From UHGV virus genome UHGV-0197950: DNA of 10,010 nucleotides; one strand, 5' to 3'. This DNA is from a virus. Shown one piece after another: positions 1 to 6,925 of the stretch. The notes below the pieces were generated by a model. That model was not told the origin of the DNA, did no database searches, and was given only the letters and a program-made list of their open reading frames with translations. The translations under genes and the position numbers were made by a program. The first letter of the stretch is position 1. Each line of letters opens with the position of its first letter.

Positions 1-217
1 GCTTCGACATCCTTCGCAAATCTTATACAAGTAAGATGGAATAAACCGGGGTCAGAGAGGGGGCTGTTCAAAACCTCGCCAACTCTAGAAATACAATTTA
101 GAGAATTAGGGCGAGCCGTCAAGCGTTTGACAGGGGCCAGGGGGCAGGTATGAATCAAAAATTTGAAGCAGTTAACGCTATTGACAGGAATGTGACAGAT
201 GTCGCTGATGCCAACGA

Positions 218-241
218 TAGATGATAGTTATTTATCATCTA
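218..241. repeat. Perfect 9-bp inverted repeat TAGATGATA-N6-TATCATCTA upstream of the integrase gene; candidate recombination-core or regulator-binding site
   Basis: Read directly: 218-226 tagatgata, spacer gttatt, 233-241 tatcatcta (exact reverse complement). Its position upstream of a P4-type int is where att or arm sites are expected. Function is inferred. Confidence 0.35.
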
Positions 242-243
242 GT

Positions 244-332
244 GTTCGCGGGTGTTCGTGGTAGTGTTTTGTGTGCATTCATCGCTATGATTATAAAGGA
301 AAATTTTGTTTTCCTTGTTCGCTCTTGTTCGT
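244..332 (+). repeat. Four direct copies of TGTTCG(C/T) in two tandem pairs (244-259 and 314-332); candidate integrase arm-type or regulator-binding sites
   Basis: gtgttcgcgggtgttcgtg at 243-260 and ttgttcgctcttgttcgtc at 313-333; also GGTGTAGT twice at 358-377. Binding function is inferred. Confidence 0.3.
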
Positions 333-404
333 CACGGTTTGCCCTTGTACGATGCACGGTGTAGTCAATGGTGTAGTTAATTTTGATGACCGGAAACGCG
401 AAAC

Positions 405-1643
405 ATGAGCAGCGCAATTCATAGACTTAGCGACACTCTTTTACGAAAATTAAGCGGATCACCAACCACAAAAAACGCCTTTTTTAATGACGGTGGCAAT
501 CTTAGCGTAAGACATTCCACCAGCGGCCTGTTAACCTGGTATTTCACTTACAGGGCCGGAACTGGTAGGCAGGTATCACCGGAACGTCTGAGACTGGGCA
601 ATTATCCCGATCTGAGTCTGAAAGCAGCCAGGGAAAAAGCAGCACAGTGTCGCGCCTGGCTGGCTGAGGGGAAAAATCCGCGCTATGAGCTTAATCGTGC
701 TGTACAGGATGCGTTAGCCCCCGTGACAGTTAAGGAAGCGCTCACTTACTGGCTTGAATCGTATGCAAAGGAAAAGCGCACTGACTACGAATCACTGAAA
801 AGCCGGATCAATAAACACATAATCAGCCAGATTGGCGCTTTGCCGTTGGAAAAATGCGAGCTACGGCACTGGTTGGCATGTTTTGACCAGATGGCAAAGC
901 GAAGCCCAGTATCTGCCGGATTTTTGCTACAGGTATGCAAACAGGCGCTTAAGTACTGCCGAAAACGACGATACGCAATCAGCAACGTTCTTGATGATAT
1001 GGTTGTCGGTGATGTGGGAAAAAAAGCAGAAGTGAGCGAGCGCGTACTAACAAATAAGGAGCTTGGGGAATTACTCCGCGCCCTGGATGACAAAATATTC
1101 CCGCCATACTACAGCGCCCTAATTCGCCTCCTGATTGTTTTTGGATGCCGTACCACTGAGCTAAGGCGCTCTGAGGTGCAGGAGTGGGATTTTAAAGAAA
1201 TGCTCTGGACAGTACCGAAGGAGCACAGCAAAACGAAGGTCGCCATATTCAGGCCAATACCGGAAAGCATTTTGCCGTTCGTCACGCAACTGGTGGAGCA
1301 GAACAGACACACAGGCTTATTGCTTGGTGAACTGAAAGGACAATCTTCGGTAGCAGAGTACGGAAGAACAGCGCACAGACGAATTAATCAAGCCCCCTGG
1401 ACGTTACACGATATCCGGCACACATTTACAACCATGCTGAACGATTTAGGCGTGGATCCGCATATTGTCGAGCAGCTTACAGCCCACCAGATGCCAGGGA
1501 TGCAACGAGTCTATAACCACTCCCGCTACCTTGATGCAAAACGTGATGCTCTTAATCTATGGGTAGACCGTCTCGAGCTTCTCCAGAACAATGATGAAAA
1601 AATCGTTGTTATGACCCCGCGAATTTACCCCCAAAATTCTTGA
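405..1643 (+). CDS. int: Site-specific tyrosine recombinase, P4-family integrase
   Basis: 412-aa ORF, ATG 405, TGA 1641-1643. C-terminal catalytic region has typical tyrosine-recombinase motifs (LHDIRHTFTT...HQMPGMQRVYNHSRYL) and the N-terminal region has the arm-binding/SAM-like organisation typical of P4-like integrases. First gene of the island next to a repeat-rich arm region. Confidence 0.9.
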   Translation: MSSAIHRLSDTLLRKLSGSPTTKNAFFNDGGNLSVRHSTSGLLTWYFTYRAGTGRQVSPERLRLGNYPDLSLKAAREKAAQCRAWLAEGKNPRYELNRAVQDALAPVTVKEALTYWLESYAKEKRTDYESLKSRINKHIISQIGALPLEKCELRHWLACFDQMAKRSPVSAGFLLQVCKQALKYCRKRRYAISNVLDDMVVGDVGKKAEVSERVLTNKELGELLRALDDKIFPPYYSALIRLLIVFGCRTTELRRSEVQEWDFKEMLWTVPKEHSKTKVAIFRPIPESILPFVTQLVEQNRHTGLLLGELKGQSSVAEYGRTAHRRINQAPWTLHDIRHTFTTMLNDLGVDPHIVEQLTAHQMPGMQRVYNHSRYLDAKRDALNLWVDRLELLQNNDEKIVVMTPRIYPQNS

Positions 1644-2062
1644 CAAATTACGGCTGTTTTTTCTTTAAGAGATTACAGCCGTGAATAGATCTTAGAATAT
1701 CGGGGAATATCTGCAAATATCTTCTCTTTATATGTGTCAACTATCGAAAAAAATTGAAATGTCTTCTTCTGAGTTCTTATTCTCTGTTTCTTGATTGTTC
1801 CAACACCTGATGGTTTATCTATTTGTTTTTAATGAGGTAATTCAGGTGTCATGCCAAATGACGACATTTTTTGTTGCGTCGCTTAAAAACTCGTGACACG
1901 ATTTTAAACACTAACGAGCTTCTACGAACCTTAGCGAACAAAGCCTTTAGCATGGTTGTGTTTTTAATTTAATAGGTGAAAAAGAATCTAAGTAATATCC
2001 GATCTCATATATCTACAGCTAAGAGAAAAGTTTATATACGTAATTTTTATGTAGGTTTTTGT

Positions 2063-2272
2063 ATGCGTGAAATAAATGAAGATCGCGTAATCCGTGAGGA
2101 TGAATGTCGTAAGTTAACTGGAGTGTGTCGCACTACACGCTACGAACTGGAGAAAAAAGGGAGCTTTCCGTCTCGCCGTAATCTTGGTGGGCGTTCTGTA
2201 GGTTGGCTGCTGTCCGAGGTTATGGAATGGGTTAAAAGCCGGGATCGCATTAATTCAGGTAAGGCAGCGTAA
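2063..2272 (+). CDS. alpA: AlpA-family (Phage_AlpA / MerR-type HTH) transcriptional regulator
   Basis: ~69 aa from ATG 2063: MREINEDRVIREDECRKLTGVCRTTRYELEKKGSFPSRRNLGGRSVGWLLSEVMEWVKSR, matching the AlpA pattern (TG-SR-TIY...G-FP...LG-R-VGW...EV--W). The track ORF starts at 1976 (GTG) but that N-terminal extension lies in AT-rich DNA; the start is uncertain. Stop TAA 2270-2272. Confidence 0.75.
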   Translation: MREINEDRVIREDECRKLTGVCRTTRYELEKKGSFPSRRNLGGRSVGWLLSEVMEWVKSRDRINSGKAA

Positions 2273-2299
2273 AGGGGAGCATATGACATATAAAACAAA

Positions 2300-2319
2300 G
2301 GCGACCGGGGGCGGTCGCC
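2300..2319 (-). terminator. GC-rich perfect hairpin (GGCGACCG-GGGG-CGGTCGCC); possible terminator for leftward transcription from the repressor gene, or for alpA
   Basis: 8-bp perfect stem at 2300-2307 / 2312-2319. On the minus strand it is followed by a U-rich run (CTTTGTTTTA); on the plus strand it lies 28 nt after the alpA stop with no U-tract. Confidence 0.35.
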
Positions 2320-2623
2320 AATGGATACACACTAAACTTGAACGCATCACCAACAATGCCACATTTGCGGCTGGTGGGCAATGTGATCAGTCAGATTTGG
2401 TTCGTTCCAAGGTTTGCAACGAGAGCTTTTTCCTGTGCTCTTTAAGGAATTTCTCAAGAGCAAACGAACAAGGTGCGAATCTTTCTGATTCATGTTCATG
2501 CGCTATATTTTTGCGTCGTCTCTTACGAGTTGGTGATGGTGTTTTGGTTGATTCTGTGTCGCTCATGGTGCTGTCCTGTAAAGCAATGCGCCTGCGTTCC
2601 TCAAACTATGGCGCTGATAGTGG

Positions 2624-2929
2624 CTATTCCTGCTCTTTGACCTTGCGTCGCTGGAGTTCTTCACGCGCGACGGTGACGAGTTGCCCGATCTCCTCGGCGG
2701 CTTTGACTCCGATTTTTTCCACCTGCGCTAGGGCATCGAGCGAAGAAACCAGGAGGTTTTCTCCGCTTCCTTCTGCCTGGCGGCGGGCGATTTCACCGCG
2801 CATGGCGGTTACTATGAATCCGGCGTTGCTTTCACCGTCCAGTTTTACGGATTCCATGCCTTCAATAACATCATGCGGGATCCGAGCTGTCAGTGATTGT
2901 GATTTTGCGTTTTTTGAACCTGTAGCCAT
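2624..2929 (-). CDS. Putative ribbon-helix-helix-type DNA-binding repressor (candidate island immunity/maintenance regulator)
   Basis: 101 aa from ATG (minus) at 2929 with SD GAGAGGA 6 nt upstream: MATGSKNAKSQSLTARIPHDVIEGMESVKLDGESNAGFIVTAMRGEIARRQ..., i.e. an N-terminal beta-strand/helix pattern typical of RHH (Arc/CopG-like) proteins and a charged helical C-terminus. The track start at 2944 is a TTG. Divergent from a region with two palindromic operators. Family assignment is by pattern only. Confidence 0.55.
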   Translation of the reverse strand: MATGSKNAKSQSLTARIPHDVIEGMESVKLDGESNAGFIVTAMRGEIARRQAEGSGENLLVSSLDALAQVEKIGVKAAEEIGQLVTVAREELQRRKVKEQE

Positions 2930-2950
2930 CTGTAATCCTCTCAATGAAAG

Positions 2951-3027
2951 TGTAAGACAATATACACATAAAAAGTCTTACATAAAAGCATTGACATGTA
3001 AGCCACCTATAAATAAAGTTGCTTACA
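2951..3027. promoter_or_regulatory. Divergent control region with two palindromic operators (TGTAAGAC-N16-GTCTTACA and TGTAAGC-N17-GCTTACA) overlapping a TTGACA -35 element
   Basis: Read directly: 2951-2958 tgtaagac / 2975-2982 gtcttaca; 2997-2003 tgtaagc / 3021-3027 gcttaca; TTGACA at 2991-2996 with a -10-like TAAAGT 17 nt downstream (3014-3019) reading towards the + strand gene at 3126. Confidence 0.55.
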
Positions 3028-3125
3028 CCTTGTTAATGCAAGGTGCAGAAACGACGAAACCCCGCACTGTAGGAGCAGTAACGGGGCTTCTAACCACCAA
3101 CGATAGCAAGATTATCGAGGCAGCT

Positions 3126-3329
3126 ATGAGAAATCATACCATACACCCGCAAGGGCGGGACTCGTACAACCTGAATAAATACATCTGGCGTTTTATCGCC
3201 CTGAGCACCGCACAACCGCGCGTGATTCACATCGTGGCCACCAGCGAACAGGAAGCACGCCAGCAATCCCCGGCTGGCTGCGTGATGGTATTCGCCGCCC
3301 GTATTCGTCAGGGGGTGTGCCATGCCTGA
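3126..3329 (+). CDS. Small hypothetical protein (67 aa); first gene of the rightward operon; possibly an Icd-like cell-division-inhibitor-family protein
   Basis: ATG 3126 with GAGG SD 5 nt upstream, in frame with the end of the long 2283-3329 ORF: MRNHTIHPQGRDSYNLNKYIWRFIALSTAQPRVIHIVATSEQEARQQSPAGCVMVFAARIRQGVCHA. The Icd-like label is a recollection, not verified. Confidence 0.45.
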   Translation: MRNHTIHPQGRDSYNLNKYIWRFIALSTAQPRVIHIVATSEQEARQQSPAGCVMVFAARIRQGVCHA

Positions 3330-3642
3330 TATGTCAAATTACCAGTACCTGATTAATCCGCATTTTAACTGTGAGCATGATATTGCTAAAAAGGTTTATT
3401 CCGCTGCGGATGGGGCTACTGACAATATATCAATGGCTGTTGCGTCAATTGGTAGCCTGATGTGGCATGCGTCAGAAAATGAGGACTATGACGAAAAGGC
3501 CATGCGCATTGATATGGGTAATATCGGTTTGTTACTGGCAATGCTTGGACATTTTGATATTTCGTTACGGTGCACCATTGAAAATGCCACAGATGCATTA
3601 AATGCTATAAAGAAAGCGAATACTGATTCAAATCGGGGATAA
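3322..3642 (+). CDS. Hypothetical protein (106 aa)
   Basis: ORF overlapping the upstream gene stop by 8 nt (ATG 3322; alternative ATG 3331), i.e. operon-coupled. Protein-like composition; no motif recognised. Confidence 0.55.
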   Translation: MPDMSNYQYLINPHFNCEHDIAKKVYSAADGATDNISMAVASIGSLMWHASENEDYDEKAMRIDMGNIGLLLAMLGHFDISLRCTIENATDALNAIKKANTDSNRG

Positions 3643-3648
3643 ATAATC

Positions 3649-3948
3649 ATGAGAACGTATTTATCTGGCTTGACTGCCAGCGGTTATGCACACCCCCAAA
3701 TTATCCCCGGCGCTATTTATCTGGATAAGAACGGTAACAGAGTAACGGTAAAAGAACTGATGTTTGACCGTGTGTATTTTATCCGTGATGGCTATTCATT
3801 TCTTAGTTCGCTGAACGTGGAGATCTTTATTTGCAGATTCCGGCGGGAAATCCCGACTTCCAGAAATAACCATGTGTCACGTGTGGATGTGGATAAAAAA
3901 CTACAGGAACTGAAAAACATGATTGCCGCGTGGAGAGAGCAGAAATGA
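3649..3948 (+). CDS. Hypothetical protein (99 aa)
   Basis: ATG 3649 preceded by GGGGA. Its stop TGA 3946-3948 overlaps ATG 3945 of the replication gene (ATGA coupling). No motif recognised. Confidence 0.55.
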   Translation: MRTYLSGLTASGYAHPQIIPGAIYLDKNGNRVTVKELMFDRVYFIRDGYSFLSSLNVEIFICRFRREIPTSRNNHVSRVDVDKKLQELKNMIAAWREQK

Positions 3949-5762
3949 AAAAAGCGCCAAATTTAAAACACCAGCCGCGTGACAAAATGACGGAAGTCAT
4001 CATTTTTGCGGGTAGTGATGCGTGGGCACATGCGAAGCAGTGGCAGGAACAGGACGGGCGACTGGCTGGCGATAACGTGCCACCTGTCTGGCTTGGAGAG
4101 CAACAACTTGCCGAACTGGACAACCTGCAAATCGTACCGGACGGACGCTATCGCGTGCGTCTCTACCAGGCGGGGTTATTGCGTCCGGGGCTTGTTAATA
4201 CCATCGGGCAGAAACTGGCAGCGGCAGGTGTCAGGGATGCTGATTATTACCCTGAAGGAATGCACAGCCAGAAACGGGAGAACTGGCGCGAATATCTGGA
4301 ACGTGAACGGGCAGAGCAGGCGGAAAAGAAAAAGGTAGTTGAACTGCCTGTAAAGAAAAAAGAGCGGGTAAAAGACGATAACGCTTCATCACTGGCGCTT
4401 AACCAGATGGGAGCAAGTCAACGCGGCGAAGTTCTCCTGGCACATTATGGCGGTGAACTGGCGATTCATGCTGACTCTGACACTGTTCACCATTACAACG
4501 GCGTTGTATGGGAGCCAGTACAGGATAAAGAATTACAGCGAGCTATGGCACAGATTTTCATTGATGCGGAGATCAGCTATTCGCAGAACGCCATTAAATC
4601 GGCGGTCGATACCATGAAGTTAAGTTTGCCTGTTATGGGGAATACAGCCCGTAACCTGATTGGATTCAGTAACGGGGTATTTGATACCAGAACAGGTAAT
4701 TTTCGGGAGCATAACAAAAACGACTGGTTGTTAATTGCCAGTGAATTACCTTTCAGCCCACCAGCAGAGGGGGAAACGCTGGCAACACATGCGCCGAATT
4801 TCTGGAAGTGGTTACGCCGTTCGGTGGCTGAGAATGACCGCAAGGCGGATCGCGTACTGGCTGCATTATTCATGGTGCTGGCGAACCGGTACGACTGGCA
4901 GTTATTCATTGAGGTAACAGGTCCAGGGGGAAGTGGTAAAAGCGTGATGGCGGAGATTTGCACCATGCTGGCGGGTAAGGTTAATACAGTATCAGCGAGC
5001 ATGAAGGCGCTGGAAGATGCAAGGGAACGCGCGTTAGTGGTTGGCTTTTCGCTGATTATCATGCCGGATATGACCCGCTACGCTGGTGATGGGGCGGGAA
5101 TTAAGGCTATTACAGGCGGTGACAAGGTGGCAATCGACCCAAAACATAAAGCCCCATATTCAACGCGTATCCCGGCAGTAGTGCTGGCGGTTAACAATAA
5201 CGCTATGTCATTCAGTGACCGCAGTGGGGGGATCTCGCGACGTCGGGTGATATTCAATTTTTCGGAAGTTGTACCGGAGAACGAACGCGATTCAATGCTG
5301 GCGGAAAAAATAGAAGGTGAGCTGGCGGTAGTGATTCGTCATCTGCTTACACGGTTTGCTGACCAGGACGAAGCCAGACGCCTTTTATATGAGCAGCAGA
5401 AATCAGAAGAAGCACTCGCGATAAAGCGTGAAGGTGATTCGCTGGTGGACTTCTGCGGCTATCTCATGGCGTCGGTAATGTGTGATGGCCTGTTAGTGGG
5501 TAATGCTGAAATTGTGCCATTCAGCCCGCGCAGGTATCTCTATCATGCCTATCTGGCTTATATGAAGGCACATGGGTTTGGTAAACCTGTAACACTGACG
5601 CGCTTCGGTAAAGATATGCCGGGGGCAATGGCGGAATATGGCAGGGAGTATATGAAACGGAAAACGAAGCACGGTTTGCGTTCAAACGTGACACTGACGG
5701 AGGAATCAGAAGACTGGATGCCATCATGTGTATCGGTCACTAATGACGATAGCAAAAATTAA
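3945..5762 (+). CDS. Replication initiation protein, phage/plasmid primase-helicase family (P-loop NTPase; pri-rep-like)
   Basis: 605 aa from ATG 3945 (SD GGAGAGAG 3932-3939); the track start 3930 is a GTG. Walker A motif GPGGSGKS (EVTGPGGSGKSVMAE) and a downstream hydrophobic stretch plus acidic residues (LVVGFSLIIMPD) consistent with Walker B. Size and position immediately upstream of an iteron origin match satellite/PICI pri-rep genes. Confidence 0.8.
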   Translation: MKKAPNLKHQPRDKMTEVIIFAGSDAWAHAKQWQEQDGRLAGDNVPPVWLGEQQLAELDNLQIVPDGRYRVRLYQAGLLRPGLVNTIGQKLAAAGVRDADYYPEGMHSQKRENWREYLERERAEQAEKKKVVELPVKKKERVKDDNASSLALNQMGASQRGEVLLAHYGGELAIHADSDTVHHYNGVVWEPVQDKELQRAMAQIFIDAEISYSQNAIKSAVDTMKLSLPVMGNTARNLIGFSNGVFDTRTGNFREHNKNDWLLIASELPFSPPAEGETLATHAPNFWKWLRRSVAENDRKADRVLAALFMVLANRYDWQLFIEVTGPGGSGKSVMAEICTMLAGKVNTVSASMKALEDARERALVVGFSLIIMPDMTRYAGDGAGIKAITGGDKVAIDPKHKAPYSTRIPAVVLAVNNNAMSFSDRSGGISRRRVIFNFSEVVPENERDSMLAEKIEGELAVVIRHLLTRFADQDEARRLLYEQQKSEEALAIKREGDSLVDFCGYLMASVMCDGLLVGNAEIVPFSPRRYLYHAYLAYMKAHGFGKPVTLTRFGKDMPGAMAEYGREYMKRKTKHGLRSNVTLTEESEDWMPSCVSVTNDDSKN

Positions 5763-5776
5763 ACTTATGGAATAAC

Positions 5777-6006
5777 TGTTCACCACTGTTCACCCTGTCA
5801 TAAATATTTTTTATATCAGTATATTATAGGGTGAACAGTTATTTATGAACTGTTCACCAAACTATTCACTGTTCACCTTTTTGATTGTTTATTGAGCTTC
5901 AAGGGTGAACAGTGGTGAACAGTTGGTGAATAGTTTTTGTGAAACTGTTCACCCCTTAACATTATGAATTAAAAGATAAAATATCAAAAGGTGAACAGGT
6001 GAAGGG
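5777..6006. repeat. Iteron array / putative replication origin: about 10 copies of TGTTCACC (both orientations) flanking an AT-rich stretch
   Basis: TGTTCACC at 5777, 5787, 5851, 5870, 5946; GGTGAACA at 5830, 5904, 5914, 5990; degenerate copies at 5861, 5925, 5998; AT-rich 5795-5828. Lies immediately after the replication gene stop (5762). Confidence 0.75.
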
Positions 6007-6049
6007 TTAAAACGCAAAAATTTTAATTTACTGCTGTGAGATAAAGCCT

Positions 6050-6295
6050 ATGACAGCGAAGCACATAAAAAAATCACAATCGCACGCCCTTGATTTGACG
6101 GAACACTGGTTAAGGGTGTCGATAAAAATCATCGACCGCAACGCCGGGGAAGGATATGCGAAAGCACATCCCGAACTGATTAGCGCATTCATGACAACGG
6201 CAGCTGCAAACTTTGCCACGCTGACAGAACGGGAGATTGCCGAAGCGGAACAGGTGACAACCATCAACGTTAAAACCGGAGAGCAGACAGCATGA
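6050..6295 (+). CDS. Hypothetical protein (81 aa), translationally coupled to ssb
   Basis: ATG 6050; stop TGA 6293-6295 overlaps ssb ATG 6292 (ATGA). No motif recognised. Confidence 0.5.
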   Translation: MTAKHIKKSQSHALDLTEHWLRVSIKIIDRNAGEGYAKAHPELISAFMTTAAANFATLTEREIAEAEQVTTINVKTGEQTA

Positions 6296-6714
6296 CAGCA
6301 CAGATAGCGGCTTACGGACGGCTGGTGGCTGATCCGCAGTTAAAGACCACCAGCAAGGGTACACAAATGGCGATGGCTAGTATGGCGGTCCCCCTTCCGT
6401 GCAGCCAGGCAGATGACGGAACGGCGATGATGTGGTTATCCGTCCTGGCGTTTGGCAGACAGGCCGACGCACTGGCAAAACACCACAAAGGCGAACTGGT
6501 GAGCGTGGCGGGTAACATGCAGGTAAGCCAGTGGACAGGCCAGAACGGCGAAACGCGGCAGGGCTGGCAGGTTATCGCAGACAGCGTGATCAGTGCGCGA
6601 ACAGCGCGACCGGGCGGCAAAAAAGGCCAGCAGGGGCAGGCCACTGACGCACTGAACAGGGCAAAACAACAGTCGGGGAATGATGATCCGTACGGCGATA
6701 ATATACCGTTTTAA
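6292..6714 (+). CDS. ssb: Single-stranded DNA-binding protein (SSB-like, OB-fold) with acidic C-terminal tip ...DDPYGDNIPF
   Basis: 140 aa; N-terminal region follows the E. coli SSB pattern (IAAYGRLVADPQLKTTSKG... / WLSVLAFGRQADALAKHHKGELVSVAGNMQVSQWTGQNGETRQGWQVIADSV), a Gly/Gln-rich linker, and a C-terminal IPF tail resembling SSB DDDIPF. Confidence 0.8.
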   Translation: MTAQIAAYGRLVADPQLKTTSKGTQMAMASMAVPLPCSQADDGTAMMWLSVLAFGRQADALAKHHKGELVSVAGNMQVSQWTGQNGETRQGWQVIADSVISARTARPGGKKGQQGQATDALNRAKQQSGNDDPYGDNIPF

Positions 6715-6731
6715 ATTCTGCAAACAAAAAG

Positions 6732-6760
6732 ATGCCGGAAAAAAATAGATTTTCCGGCAT
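6732..6760. terminator. Perfect 11-bp-stem hairpin (ATGCCGGAAAA-N7-TTTTCCGGCAT) between the replication and head modules; possible bidirectional terminator or insulator
   Basis: Arms 6732-6742 and 6750-6760 are exact reverse complements; a T-rich run follows on the minus-strand side (CTTTTTGTTTG); 18 nt after the ssb stop. Confidence 0.4.
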
Positions 6761-6925
6761 GCTACATAAATCCCGACCAAAGGAAGTAAATACATTAACA
6801 CGAATTATCAGCACTGAAGTTGTCGCGGCATATTTTATACAACATTGCACTTGGTTGCATGTATTCGCATAGCAGACATCGGTAATAGAATATATTCACA
6901 ATTATTTGTAATGAATGTAAAGAGG

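Noticed and set aside
1-404. tRNA or tmRNA gene as the integration target at the left edge
   Set aside because: No tRNA-like T-arm/acceptor sequence (for example GGTTCGAATCC-type) found on either strand; the att target is probably outside the window or not tRNA-derived.
235-417. 60-aa minus-strand ORF upstream of int
   Set aside because: It lies in the repeat-rich arm region, has no SD, and its translation is repeat-derived.
785-1312. Minus- and plus-strand ORFs (785-1093 -, 832-1035 +, 1109-1312 -) inside the integrase gene
   Set aside because: They fully overlap the integrase CDS, have no SD, and give low-complexity translations; typical shadow ORFs.
1976-2062. N-terminal extension of AlpA from the GTG at 1976
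   Set aside because: The extension lies in AT-rich DNA with poor protein-like sequence; AlpA-family proteins are about 70 aa and the homology begins near ATG 2063. The start remains uncertain.
2283-3329. 348-aa ORF on the + strand with a strong SD
   Set aside because: Most of it is the antisense shadow of the more convincing minus-strand repressor gene (2624-2929) and translates as Ser/Cys/Arg-rich low-complexity sequence. Only the last 67 codons (3126-3329, with their own SD) look like a real gene. The 5' part is kept as a finding, not as a CDS.
3090-4123. Minus-strand ORFs 3090-3323, 3416-3598 and 3827-4123
   Set aside because: Antisense to tightly coupled + strand genes; Cys/His/Ser-rich shadow translations.
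4006-5755. ORFs 4006-4338 +, 4577-5062 -, 4735-4917 +, 5521-5727 - and 5558-5755 - within the replication gene
   Set aside because: Embedded in or antisense to the 605-aa primase/helicase CDS; Arg/Ser-rich shadow translations.
5777-6006. Possible CRISPR array suggested by the repeated TGTTCACC units
   Set aside because: Units are only 8 bp, occur in both orientations with irregular spacing and no unique spacers; consistent with iterons, not CRISPR.
6028-6850. Minus-strand ORFs overlapping the 81-aa gene and ssb (6028-6267, 6110-6364, 6312-6644, 6436-6801, 6590-6850)
   Set aside because: Antisense to the coupled 81-aa/ssb pair, which has recognisable SSB homology; Cys/Pro/Arg-rich shadow products.
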